Source: a virus
IMG/VR virus record: IMGVR_UViG_3300021956_000012
Reading direction: 5' to 3' (one strand)
DNA length: 64,000 bases
Part shown: positions 53,159 to 63,583 of the stretch, piece by piece
Numbering within the stretch: the stretch's first letter is position 1
How the letters are laid out: each line of letters opens with the position of its first letter
Made by a program: the position numbers and the translations under genes
Notes under the pieces: generated by a model
What the model was told of the DNA's origin: nothing
Seen by the model: only the letters and a program-made list of their open reading frames with translations
Database searches by the model: none

Positions 53159-56100
53159 TTAAATTGCAGTCCAAATTGAGTAACTTAGACCAGCAGCTAA
53201 TACCAAATTTGGATATGTTCGTACACTGTACATAGTACTAAGATTGGGGCCTGCAGTCCAAGTTATACCATCTGTACTTTTTCTTGTCGAAGTACCTGTT
53301 GCAATAAATTCTGAACCTGTCCATGTAATACTATTAAAAGTTCCGGTAGTACCGGACACTCTTGATGTCCAAGTAATGCCATCTGGAGATGTAAAGATTA
53401 CACCTGTCGCTCCAACAGTTACATAGATACTTCCATTCCAAACTACATCATAAAGTGCACTAGTAGTAATAGATGGTATAGTTAAGCTTGTAGCTTGATC
53501 TATAGTTCGAAGGACTGTTCCAGTACCTCCAACAGTGACGGATTGGTTAATACCTTTAGCTGTACCGTAAAAAGTAGTAGTGATATTTCGAAGACCATTA
53601 GAAAGAACTGTCCAATTAGTACCATCCGTACTGGTTAGAATCATTCCCCAATTGCCTGCGGCAACGTATTTAGTACCTGTATATGTTAAACTATACAAAG
53701 AACCGTTCAAACTTGAAATAGAGCTTGGGGTGACATCTGACCATGTTATGCCATCTGTACTGGTAATAATTTTGGCAGACGTTGTTCCACCTACTGCTAC
53801 GAATTTTGAACCATCCCATTGAACAGAATAATAGGTATTAGTATCAGAAATAGTTATACCAGTCCATGTAATGCCATCTACACTGGAAAGAACTCTTCCT
53901 GACGCTCCCATTACTATGTACTGAGTTCCAGTCCATGCCACACTATATAAAGCATTAGCTGTACCCGAAGTTCGTACAGTCCAAGTAACACCATTAGGTG
54001 ATGTAAGAATCGTACCAGAAGCTCCAACAGCTACAAATTGACTGCCACCCCATATCACATAGTTTAAAACGGCAGAAGTTCCTGAAGTTCTTGCAATAGC
54101 TGTGATTCCATCAGTAGTTGTTCTAATTGAGCCTCCACTGCCAACTACTACAGCTAAACTTCCATTCCATGCTGTACTAAGTTGACCTGTAACGCTACCC
54201 GGTAAACTACGAATTACCCATGTAGAACCATCGGTTGAAGTGATAATAGTTCCTGCAGCACCTGTTGCTATAAACATATCTGCAGTATATACCACGGTAT
54301 TCAAAGTTTGAGTTGTTGGCGATGTAACAGTAGTCCAATTAAGTCCATCATTAGATATTCTAATTACGCCTGCAGCACCTACAGCCACAAACAAACTCCC
54401 AGAAAATACTACATCATTCAGTGTTGATGTAGTATTAGATGTTCTAGTTGTCCAAGTAATGCCATCAGGAGATGTTTTAATCGTTCCAGTTAAACCTGTA
54501 AGGACAGATAATCCAACACCATAAGCACTACCTGAAAATTGGTTAGTTGTACCAGATGTTCTAACTGTCCAAGTAATTCCATCAGGCGATGTTTGAATTG
54601 CTCCTGAAAGTCCTGCAGCTATAAACAGACTGCCATTCCAAACAATTGTGAAAAAATCAGTTGACATGGGTGTATTAACAGTCCATGTAACTCCGTCTGT
54701 TGATGTTAAAAGAGTTCTTGTGCCTACAATTACATATTTACTTCCGTTATATGCTATAGCACTTAATGTACTAACTGTCCCTGAAGTTCTTACCGTCCAA
54801 GTCAAACCATCACTACTAGTAATAATTGTACCAGATGGAGCAATAGCTATGAATTGACTACCACCCCATATTACCTGTGTAAAAGCAAGACTATTTAACG
54901 GTGGAATCTTATTCCAACGAAGACCATCTGAACTTACAATAATTGTTCCAGAAGCCCCTATAGCTACGGTCCTATTCAAAGTTGGAGAATATGCCGCCTT
55001 GCCAGATAAAGCAGTATTTGCGGCATGATTCACCCAAGTAACACCATCGGTGCTACTATAATAAGTACTTGCAGTAGCAGCAACAGGAGCTATAAATTTT
55101 GTTGAGGCCCAAATACTACCTGAAATTGTTTCTGCAGATTTATACAAAAGCCTAGCTCTCCAGTTCACTGCATCAGTACTTGTAAGAAGTGAGCTATTTG
55201 TACCAGTTAATACGTGCATATTTAAAGATGGAGAATAAGCTGAACTTAGTCCACTCAGTGTAGGATTTAATACACTATTTGCCCAATTAATACCGTCTGA
55301 ACTAGTCAGGGTAATACCAGAAGCTCCATTAATAATGAATAAGTTACCATCCCATGTTACTGTAGATAAAGCAGAAGCTACACCAGAAGTTCTTGCTGTC
55401 CAAGTAATACCATCTGTACTTGTACGAACCATACCTGCACTTCCAACAGCAACAAAAATTCCATTACCGTAAGTTACGCTAGAAAATGCAGTAGTAGTTC
55501 CAGAGTTTCTTGTAGTCCAATTGATACCATCGTAGGAACTACGAAGCATACCTGCAGTTCCAACTACAACATACATATTTAAAGACGGAGAATAAGCAGA
55601 ACTAAAACCAGATATTGTATAGTTCCCTGCAACAGTATTCCAATCAATACCGTCTGAACTTAGTAAAACTACTCCACTATCACCTACAACTATAAATGTA
55701 CCTAAAGTTGAATTATACTTTACTGAACTTAAAGTAGACGTTATAGGTGAGAATCTTGCTGTCCAAGTAATACCGTCAGGACTTGACCCAAGTGCTCCAA
55801 GTTGTCCTACAGCTACGTACATTGAATCTGATTTTGCAATTGATTTTAAGGAGTAAGTTGTAAATGAAGTTCTCTGAGTCCATGTAGTAGAGTTAGTTGA
55901 TGTGAAAATTTTACCATTAGAGGTTACAGTAATAAATTGATCACCCGTCCAAATAATAGAGTATAAATCATCAGTTGTTATACTTGCAATTTGAGTCCAA
56001 TTTAGACCATCTGAACTAGAGTAAACTACACCTGCAGGTCCAACACCAATATATCCTGAAGGAGAGTAACATACAGAGTTAATGTTTCTCCATGTATTAG

Positions 56101-57403
56101 TATATCTCCATATTCCAGTATCAGCGTCATATACGAAAGATGGACTGTTTGTACCTGTAATAACCAATGCTGTATTATTTTTTACAAGAGCATTAAAAGC
56201 ACCGTAGCTTGTTCTATGAATAATAGTCCAAGTAGACACATCAGGACTACTTAATATATAACCAGTAGTGGAAATTAAGTAGAATTTTCCATTTATCCAA
56301 TTAAAATCTGCAGCTTGATAATTAACAGTGGCACCTGTAGTCCAAGTTGTACCATCTGGACTTGTGTAAAGAACAGTATTACCTCCAACAACCCATGTAT
56401 TATATAGGGGTGACCAACCTACAGCATTTGCACCTGTAGGGGCACCATAAACACTCCATGTTATACCATCTGTACTTGTTAAAATATTATAATTTATAGC
56501 CCCATATCCAACCGCCACAAATCGGCCATTAGCCCATAGAATATAAGAAATACCGACACCAAAGGTATAAACAGAAGTCCACGTTTGACCATCTATTGAT
56601 GAGTACAATCCACCAACTGAGCTTCGTGTTGTAGCGGCTAAAAATTTATTTAATGTACTTGACCACGTAATTGAATTCACTGCTATACTTCCGACAGGAA
56701 ACATATATGCAGCCCAAGTTATACCATCAGAACTAACTAAGGAATCTGAACTTGAAGATCCAGCAACAAGAATAGAATTACCGTATTGTACAGTATAAAG
56801 ATCATTAGTTATTCCTGAAGCTCTTGCTGTCCAATTAATTCCATCAGGGGATGTTGCAATACTACCTAAAGCTCCAACTATAACGAACTGAGTCCCTGTC
56901 CATACAATATCATAAAAATTTTGATTAATAGGGAGTGGAATTACAGACCATGTGATAAAATCACCAGTAATTCTTACTGCACCTTTAATACCAACAGTTA
57001 TATGTAAATTTAACTCTGGAGAATAAGCAGCTGCTGTTGCAGTTTTTGTGTAGAACGGACTTGCAGCACTATTTGTCCAAGTAATTCCATCGGTACTTTC
57101 AGAAATAGCTGCCTCTAGGCTATAAGAGCCCGCTCCAATATATTTTGTGCTTATTTTTTCAATTGAATAAATTGAGGTTCCTGCAAAACTAGAGCTACCC
57201 CAATCGAACCATGTAGTAGGATTTGTAGTTCTTACAGCAGCACCGCCTAGGAAGAAATTAATATTTGTTACAGAATCATAATAATAGTTTGAAATTGCAC
57301 TACCACCGAACGGTGAATAGGTTCTACGAACCCAATTCTGATAGGGCACAGGTGTAGTACTAGAACTTGCTGCCATTAATAAATTATTAGAAACATTGTT
57401 CAT
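53159..57403 (-). CDS. Large multi-beta-propeller (Asp-box/BNR repeat) virion adhesin
   Basis: More than 30 S.DG.TW repeats at about 40-aa period. Confidence 0.75.
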   Translation of the reverse strand: MNNVSNNLLMAASSSTTPVPYQNWVRRTYSPFGGSAISNYYYDSVTNINFFLGGAAVRTTNPTTWFDWGSSSFAGTSIYSIEKISTKYIGAGSYSLEAAISESTDGITWTNSAASPFYTKTATAAAYSPELNLHITVGIKGAVRITGDFITWSVIPLPINQNFYDIVWTGTQFVIVGALGSIATSPDGINWTARASGITNDLYTVQYGNSILVAGSSSSDSLVSSDGITWAAYMFPVGSIAVNSITWSSTLNKFLAATTRSSVGGLYSSIDGQTWTSVYTFGVGISYILWANGRFVAVGYGAINYNILTSTDGITWSVYGAPTGANAVGWSPLYNTWVVGGNTVLYTSPDGTTWTTGATVNYQAADFNWINGKFYLISTTGYILSSPDVSTWTIIHRTSYGAFNALVKNNTALVITGTNSPSFVYDADTGIWRYTNTWRNINSVCYSPSGYIGVGPAGVVYSSSDGLNWTQIASITTDDLYSIIWTGDQFITVTSNGKIFTSTNSTTWTQRTSFTTYSLKSIAKSDSMYVAVGQLGALGSSPDGITWTARFSPITSTLSSVKYNSTLGTFIVVGDSGVVLLSSDGIDWNTVAGNYTISGFSSAYSPSLNMYVVVGTAGMLRSSYDGINWTTRNSGTTTAFSSVTYGNGIFVAVGSAGMVRTSTDGITWTARTSGVASALSTVTWDGNLFIINGASGITLTSSDGINWANSVLNPTLSGLSSAYSPSLNMHVLTGTNSSLLTSTDAVNWRARLLYKSAETISGSIWASTKFIAPVAATASTYYSSTDGVTWVNHAANTALSGKAAYSPTLNRTVAIGASGTIIVSSDGLRWNKIPPLNSLAFTQVIWGGSQFIAIAPSGTIITSSDGLTWTVRTSGTVSTLSAIAYNGSKYVIVGTRTLLTSTDGVTWTVNTPMSTDFFTIVWNGSLFIAAGLSGAIQTSPDGITWTVRTSGTTNQFSGSAYGVGLSVLTGLTGTIKTSPDGITWTTRTSNTTSTLNDVVFSGSLFVAVGAAGVIRISNDGLNWTTVTSPTTQTLNTVVYTADMFIATGAAGTIITSTDGSTWVIRSLPGSVTGQLSTAWNGSLAVVVGSGGSIRTTTDGITAIARTSGTSAVLNYVIWGGSQFVAVGASGTILTSPNGVTWTVRTSGTANALYSVAWTGTQYIVMGASGRVLSSVDGITWTGITISDTNTYYSVQWDGSKFVAVGGTTSAKIITSTDGITWSDVTPSSISSLNGSLYSLTYTGTKYVAAGNWGMILTSTDGTNWTVLSNGLRNITTTFYGTAKGINQSVTVGGTGTVLRTIDQATSLTIPSITTSALYDVVWNGSIYVTVGATGVIFTSPDGITWTSRVSGTTGTFNSITWTGSEFIATGTSTRKSTDGITWTAGPNLSTMYSVRTYPNLVLAAGLSYSIWTAI

Positions 57404-57406
57404 ATA

Positions 57407-58057
57407 TTAAGTCCCATAGTTAATTTGAGAAGCTCCCCGCCATTTTGTTCCACCATCGTCTGTAATAAATACAAATAGATGAACTTTTCCTGTTGTTAAA
57501 GTTGGCGCTGTATCTGCAGGCCACACTACATTTGCAGGCCATGTGATAGTTCCACTGGTATGAGTCAACTCTAATACAAAACTATATACTTTTGATGCAG
57601 GTGCATTACTAAAAGTAAATGTGCTATTAGTAGTAATAGTTTTAGTGAAGAAATTACCTAATGTTGCATCAATATCTAGGGCTGCTATTGCAGTTGTATT
57701 CGCTCGTTGTGATCCTGAATAATCAATAGTTCCAGAATAAATACCAGAATTAATTGTCTTGTTGGTTAACGTCTGTGTTGTAGTTAATGTTACATCTCCA
57801 ACTCCCGGAGTAAAACCTAAAGCTGTAGTTACATCTAATGAGGTAAGTGTCACAGCTCCAGTTCTGGTATTAAAACTAGAAACACTACTCCCACCTCCAC
57901 CTCCAGAGGTAATTAAGTTCTGAATAGTATTATCAGCTTTTTTATAGAATAATGCACCATCTGCATAATTCAAAGCTACTTCACCAAATTCGAGATCAGC
58001 CAGAACTGGAACCTTACCAGATACAGCGGACTTTTTAAGAATAATCTTGCTTGCCAT
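57407..58057 (-). CDS. Fibre protein with Mtd-like N-terminal anchor
   Basis: IILKKS...LEFGEVALNYADG; C-terminal ITWP...PTLT..KVHLF. Confidence 0.65.
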   Translation of the reverse strand: MASKIILKKSAVSGKVPVLADLEFGEVALNYADGALFYKKADNTIQNLITSGGGGGSSVSSFNTRTGAVTLTSLDVTTALGFTPGVGDVTLTTTQTLTNKTINSGIYSGTIDYSGSQRANTTAIAALDIDATLGNFFTKTITTNSTFTFSNAPASKVYSFVLELTHTSGTITWPANVVWPADTAPTLTTGKVHLFVFITDDGGTKWRGASQINYGT

Positions 58058-58077
58058 ATAGACCCTTAATAAAGGAA

Positions 58078-58099
58078 AAGGGCAGTAAAAACTGCCCTT
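58078..58099 (-). terminator. Terminator inside fibre island
   Basis: aagggcagt-tttt-actgccctt followed by ttcctttatt. Confidence 0.7.
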
Positions 58100-58105
58100 G
58101 TTTAA

Positions 58106-59689
58106 TTAGTACGTACCGCCGTCAATATCCGCCCAAGTAGGAATACCTGAACCATTAACTTGTAATACTTGACCACTTGCTCCAATTGTCAACTTGCTTA
58201 GAGTATTTGAAGCACTAGCATATAGTATATCACCAGTTGCATAACTTGTCAAGCCTGTACCACCTTTAGTAGTAGCAATAGTAGTACCACTCCAAACACC
58301 AGTGGTAATTGTACCAAGTGTAGTAATACTTGATTGACCTACGTAAGTAGATGCAATATCAATAGAGTCTGCATTAACTGTAATGCGATCTGCAGTGCCG
58401 CCAACTGCGAGAACACCTGTTGTGTATGTAAGACCAGCACCAGCTACTGAACTTGCAAGAGCAATATCATTAGCATTAACTGTAATACCAAGACCTTGAC
58501 CTACAGCGAATACGTTACCAACAAGCGTTAAACCACCATCAGCAACATAAGAGCCAGCGCCTGAGAATTGCGTCCATACTTGACCAGAGAAATCTGTTAA
58601 GTAGTGATTAGACTGAACCCAACCAGTATTAGCATAAACTGTACCTTCAAGTACGAACACTGAAGTACCAATTAGCTCTTGATAAGTATCTGCGTCTACA
58701 GCTCTGGTTAAGGTGTAAGTACTTCCGTTATCAGTATAAACATAGATACCATTATTTGCTGCAACTGTTTGACCAGTTAGTAAAATACGGTAATCGTTAT
58801 CTGTAGAATCTAAGGCAGTATGTCCATCAATAACTAATGAATTGGTAGCACCTGTGAGAGCAATGTTAGTTGAAGCGAGTAGGTTTACAGAGGCTTTCCA
58901 ATCTAGACCAGAAATAGCATTGTCTACGTAAGCTTTGTTAGCAGCGTCAGTTGCATTGACAGGGGATGAGACACCTGTAATTCTGTGGGCTGCAACGTCT
59001 ACAGTACCAGTACCATTAGGACTAATAACGATATCACCATTGGCATTTGTAGCTGTGATAGAATTACCATTGAAATTCAAATTATCTACGGTTAACTCTG
59101 TTAGACCTGCAAGAGCTGTCTGTGTAGCACCTAGTGCGATAGTAGTTGTACCAATTGTCAAGCTTGAAGAGATACTTGCAGTGGTTACACCAGTTACAAG
59201 ACCCTTAGCATTAACTGTAATGACCGGAATAGCAGTAGAGCCACCAAAAGAACCTACGTTTGAGTTAACAGTAGCTAAAGTCAAAGCACCAGAAACGTTG
59301 GCAGAACCATCCACTGAAGATAGAGTAGCTGTACCGTCACCAGTAAGAGATAGATTACGAGCAGTAGCCCATTTTGTAGCAGTACTGGCATTACCAGTCA
59401 AAGCTGCAGTAATTGTACCAGCTGAGAAGTTACCAGAAGCATCTCGCTTAACTAGCGTAGAGGCAGTATTGGCATTGGTAGCAGCAGTAATAGCATCAGT
59501 GAAAAATTTACCACCGATTACAATGTGATTGACAGCATTACCCGCTGTCTCTGTTCCCATACCAATGTATAGACGATCACCACCGTTTGAGCCATTATCA
59601 GCTAAAGCTGAATAGGCTAATTCACCTTGACCGAGTGTAGCGGGATTACCTGATACGTCAGAGCGTTTAATTCTTACGATTGAAGCCAT
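58106..59689 (-). CDS. Long fibre protein with Mtd-like N-terminal anchor
   Basis: VRIKRS...LGQGELAYS; DAANKAYVD fibre repeats. Confidence 0.7.
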   Translation of the reverse strand: MASIVRIKRSDVSGNPATLGQGELAYSALADNGSNGGDRLYIGMGTETAGNAVNHIVIGGKFFTDAITAATNANTASTLVKRDASGNFSAGTITAALTGNASTATKWATARNLSLTGDGTATLSSVDGSANVSGALTLATVNSNVGSFGGSTAIPVITVNAKGLVTGVTTASISSSLTIGTTTIALGATQTALAGLTELTVDNLNFNGNSITATNANGDIVISPNGTGTVDVAAHRITGVSSPVNATDAANKAYVDNAISGLDWKASVNLLASTNIALTGATNSLVIDGHTALDSTDNDYRILLTGQTVAANNGIYVYTDNGSTYTLTRAVDADTYQELIGTSVFVLEGTVYANTGWVQSNHYLTDFSGQVWTQFSGAGSYVADGGLTLVGNVFAVGQGLGITVNANDIALASSVAGAGLTYTTGVLAVGGTADRITVNADSIDIASTYVGQSSITTLGTITTGVWSGTTIATTKGGTGLTSYATGDILYASASNTLSKLTIGASGQVLQVNGSGIPTWADIDGGTY

Positions 59690-59703
59690 AATTTTTCCTT
59701 GAT

Positions 59704-60006
59704 TTAATAATGTCCAGATTCAACACTCTGGTTTTCGAGAAGGGTTGTTGCAACCCATTTTTCTGATACAGTTGAGTAAACTAAAATTGAACCGTTAAGT
59801 TTGATAGTCGTATCAACATCTGTTAAAGTTTCAATTGAGCTAGAGCCTGCTTCGCCTTGTACACCTTGAATACCTTGTGGTCCGGGTTCGTTAACTTCAA
59901 CAATTACCTGAGGTTCATCTATAGTAACAATAATTACCTGAGGTTCAGTATCTTCTGAAACTACGATAGTTTCAATAATTGTTTCACTTACAGTTGTTTC
60001 AATCAT
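59704..60006 (-). CDS. Short collagen-like (GXY) structural protein
   Basis: GPQGIQGVQGEAG. Confidence 0.6.
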   Translation of the reverse strand: MIETTVSETIIETIVVSEDTEPQVIIVTIDEPQVIVEVNEPGPQGIQGVQGEAGSSSIETLTDVDTTIKLNGSILVYSTVSEKWVATTLLENQSVESGHY

Positions 60007-60362
60007 CTAGTCACCTCTGGATTAGCTGAGAAACAGCCTTCTAGGATTCGATAGACTGTGACTTCATCTGGAGCGACCAATTCTAAATCGTAGACTCCAC
60101 TTGTGAAAGTATATGCAGAAGAGATATCAGCAGCAATGCTAATACTTACTCTTCCTTCTGTAGGCGCATAAATAGAAAGTCTAGAGTTTTCTGTTGTAAG
60201 TGAATCCAAGATTGTGCTATCATTGACAGACTTACGAATCTGCATTCTTGCTTTATAGCCTGTAAGATTAACCGGAATAGCTGGAGTACCAGTTTTCCAT
60301 TGAATTTGTTTTAAGAAAGTCGAACCTTTAAATACTTCTAAGTCTAAGTGTGCTGGTTTCAT
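60003..60362 (-). CDS. BppU-N-like structural adaptor
   Basis: VNLTGYKARMQIR...GVYDLELV..D..VYRILEG. Confidence 0.6.
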   Translation of the reverse strand: MKPAHLDLEVFKGSTFLKQIQWKTGTPAIPVNLTGYKARMQIRKSVNDSTILDSLTTENSRLSIYAPTEGRVSISIAADISSAYTFTSGVYDLELVAPDEVTVYRILEGCFSANPEVTR

Positions 60363-60371
60363 ATGTGCCTT

Positions 60372-61787
60372 TTATAGATTAATTTGACTAACACGTATGG
60401 TAGCCGATGGTGTAGCAGGACAGAAAGCTGTAGGAGCTGGAGCGTTAATTAAAATAGCCGTATCATCCACAGCATACATTAGTTCAAATGTATCTAAAGG
60501 TTGCATACTTACTGTAAAACTCCAAGAAGGGACAAGTTCTACACCATTGCCTACTATCGTAATTTTAGAGGCACTGCGTTGAATATCAGTTCCATTCTTT
60601 CTGGCCCAAATATAAATATTCTTAGATGATGAATTTGAAGATGTTAACTGGAGCCTAAAATCAAAAGAATAAAGACCAGCATGATCTGTTACAATTTGAC
60701 CGCCGTTTGAAATCCTCACTCCGCTACTAATTTCAGTATTTTCAAAATGAACTTGATGTGGTGTATTTATAGTTGGTGCAGATTGTGTAGTTGAACTTGA
60801 GAAAGTTCCATAAAATAGTCGAGGAAAGATAGTTGGTCTTACTAATAAAATACCAAGCGCAGCGTCAGCTTTTAAAACAGCTGCAACTGAGACAGAAACT
60901 GCAGGAGCTGTTGGTCTAAATTTAGTTAATTTTCCGGGTTGAGTAGGATGTGCCCAAAGTAGATCACCTCGTTGCCATGTTTCTCCTACATCTGAACCAG
61001 TGGTATTAATCTGACGAACTTTACCTAAGATTGTCGCACGACCAACTTGACCGGGAATAAGTGTATTAGTTAACACACCTACAATATATAGAGGTTCTAC
61101 TGAACCATCTGCAATCATAGGATTCACTTCTGGCACTTCTTCTAAGGCAACACCTGAGAACTTTACAATAGTTCCATTTTCTAATACTGCTCCAGTATTA
61201 TTAATAACTTGAATATAATTTTCTAGACCTACTTGAAGAATAGAGCCATCATTTTGAACTACATCTAAACAATCTTCAAACTCATTCCATGTAATCATTC
61301 CGGGAACATAATCCTCAGAAGTATAATGAGCCGTGGTATTCATCTGGACATGATCAAAAACCGGATTAACTGAAATACCAATCTTTTGGTCAATTACCTG
61401 ATTTCCTGCAGTACCTTTAGTTACAATTCTTTTGCCATCTGTCATTAATACAACCAGATGACCTTCATTATCGAACTCTACAGCCTGTATAGACGGTGGT
61501 AAAACGTTGGTGGCTACCTGAGGGTTAGCTGCCTTAGAAGTCATCTCATAGGGGCTTCCAGACATGCTCCTGACTGCTGCAAGATGAGCTGGTACTTTAG
61601 GTTTGACTGGTTTTGGTGGTTGATTCTTTTTCTCTTGAATCTTCACTGCGCTCAAACCTGAGAAAATAGCTTCCTCTTCTGTTTGTCCTTTATCAAGAGC
61701 AGCATTGGCTACTTTAGCGAACAACTCTTTCAATGCACTTGATTTTCCTTGCATAGCAGGAATAGTGTTAGTTGCACTCCAAGCCAT
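60372..61787 (-). CDS. ChaB-like N-terminus fused to C1q/TNF-like virion fibre domain
   Basis: N-terminus ELFAKVANAAL...EEEAI; C-terminus IVTDHAGLYSFDFRLQL. Confidence 0.55.
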   Translation of the reverse strand: MAWSATNTIPAMQGKSSALKELFAKVANAALDKGQTEEEAIFSGLSAVKIQEKKNQPPKPVKPKVPAHLAAVRSMSGSPYEMTSKAANPQVATNVLPPSIQAVEFDNEGHLVVLMTDGKRIVTKGTAGNQVIDQKIGISVNPVFDHVQMNTTAHYTSEDYVPGMITWNEFEDCLDVVQNDGSILQVGLENYIQVINNTGAVLENGTIVKFSGVALEEVPEVNPMIADGSVEPLYIVGVLTNTLIPGQVGRATILGKVRQINTTGSDVGETWQRGDLLWAHPTQPGKLTKFRPTAPAVSVSVAAVLKADAALGILLVRPTIFPRLFYGTFSSSTTQSAPTINTPHQVHFENTEISSGVRISNGGQIVTDHAGLYSFDFRLQLTSSNSSSKNIYIWARKNGTDIQRSASKITIVGNGVELVPSWSFTVSMQPLDTFELMYAVDDTAILINAPAPTAFCPATPSATIRVSQINL

Positions 61788-61811
61788 AAACTCTCCTTAT
61801 AAACAATAATA

Positions 61812-61833
61812 ACCCCGAGAGTTACCTCGGGGC
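61812..61833 (-). terminator. Hairpin and U-tract directly after the fibre-island promoter
   Basis: gccccgag-gtaact-ctcggggt followed by tattattgttt. Confidence 0.65.
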
Positions 61834-61844
61834 TTTTGTAAACT

Positions 61845-61873
61845 ATTATATCACAAAATTACTATTAATTCAA
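61845..61873 (-). promoter_or_regulatory. Late promoter of fibre island
   Basis: TTGAAT-17-TATAAT with TG. Confidence 0.7.
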
Positions 61874-62094
61874 GATAAATTGTATTTACCTTTAATAATA
61901 TCTTCAACAGCTTTAGAAACCTTCTTCTTGAAAGACTCTTCTGCATTTTTCATAGCAGCTAAAGAAGCAATACGAGCTTTCTCTTCAGAGCCTGTATCTT
62001 TTAGCGTCTGATTAAATACACGAATAGCTACTTCTTGTACAGCGTCACTTTTCTTAGAGGCCCACTGTGGAGGATTTGATTTTGAATATGGCAT
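61870..62094 (-). CDS. ChaB-like protein
   Basis: MPYS...P...AIRVFNQTL...SEEKARIAS.AA. Confidence 0.65.
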   Translation of the reverse strand: MPYSKSNPPQWASKKSDAVQEVAIRVFNQTLKDTGSEEKARIASLAAMKNAEESFKKKVSKAVEDIIKGKYNLS

Positions 62095-62096
62095 AA

Positions 62097-63572
62097 TTAA
62101 CCTGCGTTTTCTAAATTGTTTGAACTTGTATCATTACCTGAAGGACTTGTTGCAGTACCTTCACCAGCCGTCTTCATACCATCACCACTTCTAGAAGTTT
62201 TGGCTGGAATTAAAGCTGCATTAGGTTCTTCATCTTCTGGTAAACTATCGATACCAACTGATTCACGAATACGGTTAAGTACAGCACGATCAACTTCAAG
62301 TACAGAAGTACTAGCGAAACGCTGAATAGCCTTACTAAAGGATTCTAAATCTTCGGTCTGAATATTGTCATAATCCATGCGACCCATTCTGGAAGTATCC
62401 CAACCATTGAGTTCATAGGTCTGACGTACTAAGTCATTGTTGATAACTTCAGTAATTTTGTTAAGCATCGATTCAGCTGCAGAACCAGAAAGAGTACTCT
62501 TAATCTGACCTAGGGCAAAAGAACCACCACCTGTTTGACCCATCGTTAATAGATCAGCGAATAAAGAAGTAAGAATTAAATTCTTATAGTATTCTTTAAT
62601 CTTAGTTGTATCCATTGCCTTACCGCCATTAAGACTTAGGAGTTCTAAGTTAAATAAAGGCTGGCGAGTATCTTGATCAAAAGCTTGTGGTAAAATCAAA
62701 GCTGATTGCTGATTAACCTGCAGGTTTCGCATTACGTTTTCGTAATAGGCTCGGATTGCTTTTTGCTCTGGAGATGCATCGTTAGATAGATACTGAGGTG
62801 GTAGCTTTAGAACTGGAAGACCAGCTAAATCCTTGGCTACACCGTTAGCTTCAATCTCTTCGATTACAGTAAGGAAGCGCCAAGCTAAGTATGCATCCCG
62901 TAGTGGTGACTTACCGAATGGATCGCCTTTGTGTTTACCTGCACGAAATAGCATAATCTTGCTTCGTGGAAGTACAACAGCATTCATATTGCGATTACCA
63001 TAACGATTGTAAGGATCAGCAACTTGAGAAAGATTTTGACGTACACCTAAAATGTCATTACCATCATCTGAGAAGACAAAGCGCTCAATTGTCTCTTGGT
63101 TACGAATTGGAAGCTTTTTCCAACCGATTAGACCATCATTGTATTTAGAGCCATTTGCTCTAGTGCGTTTACGGTAGACTTTCTCATGAACTGAGAAACC
63201 AAAGGTATTAGCACTGAGGGCATCACTAATGAATTCAGACCAAGTTTGGTCTTGCAAATCTTGCATCATTTCATTAATAGCTTTAACTTGCATTAGTTCA
63301 TCAGCAGTAGCATTATCGGGAGCTTTAAACTTCCAGTCCACTTTACTGATCAAGTTGTCAAATAAAGTCAGTGCTGAATTGATCGTACTGTGGTAAGACA
63401 TTTGCTTGAATGTCTGAATTGACTGAGGAAAGTTTAATTCCTTCTTTAATTCTGTATCAGTAACACCAGCATAGATATTTAGACCTAGATAACCACTTTC
63501 AGAAAGTTTAAATCGTTCAGGTGTATCGCCCATTGTGGCTTTATTAACAGTTTCTCGTCTTTGTCGTGCCAT
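62097..63572 (-). CDS. Portal protein (DUF935-like)
   Basis: WKKLPIR, GDPFGKSPLR, GGSFALG; follows terminase. Confidence 0.85.
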   Translation of the reverse strand: MARQRRETVNKATMGDTPERFKLSESGYLGLNIYAGVTDTELKKELNFPQSIQTFKQMSYHSTINSALTLFDNLISKVDWKFKAPDNATADELMQVKAINEMMQDLQDQTWSEFISDALSANTFGFSVHEKVYRKRTRANGSKYNDGLIGWKKLPIRNQETIERFVFSDDGNDILGVRQNLSQVADPYNRYGNRNMNAVVLPRSKIMLFRAGKHKGDPFGKSPLRDAYLAWRFLTVIEEIEANGVAKDLAGLPVLKLPPQYLSNDASPEQKAIRAYYENVMRNLQVNQQSALILPQAFDQDTRQPLFNLELLSLNGGKAMDTTKIKEYYKNLILTSLFADLLTMGQTGGGSFALGQIKSTLSGSAAESMLNKITEVINNDLVRQTYELNGWDTSRMGRMDYDNIQTEDLESFSKAIQRFASTSVLEVDRAVLNRIRESVGIDSLPEDEEPNAALIPAKTSRSGDGMKTAGEGTATSPSGNDTSSNNLENAG

Positions 63573-63583
63573 TCAAGGCTCCT

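Noticed and set aside
59921-59950. Short direct repeat caataattacctgaggttca in the collagen-like gene
   Set aside because: It reflects a local EPQVI peptide duplication with no sign of a mobile or regulatory role
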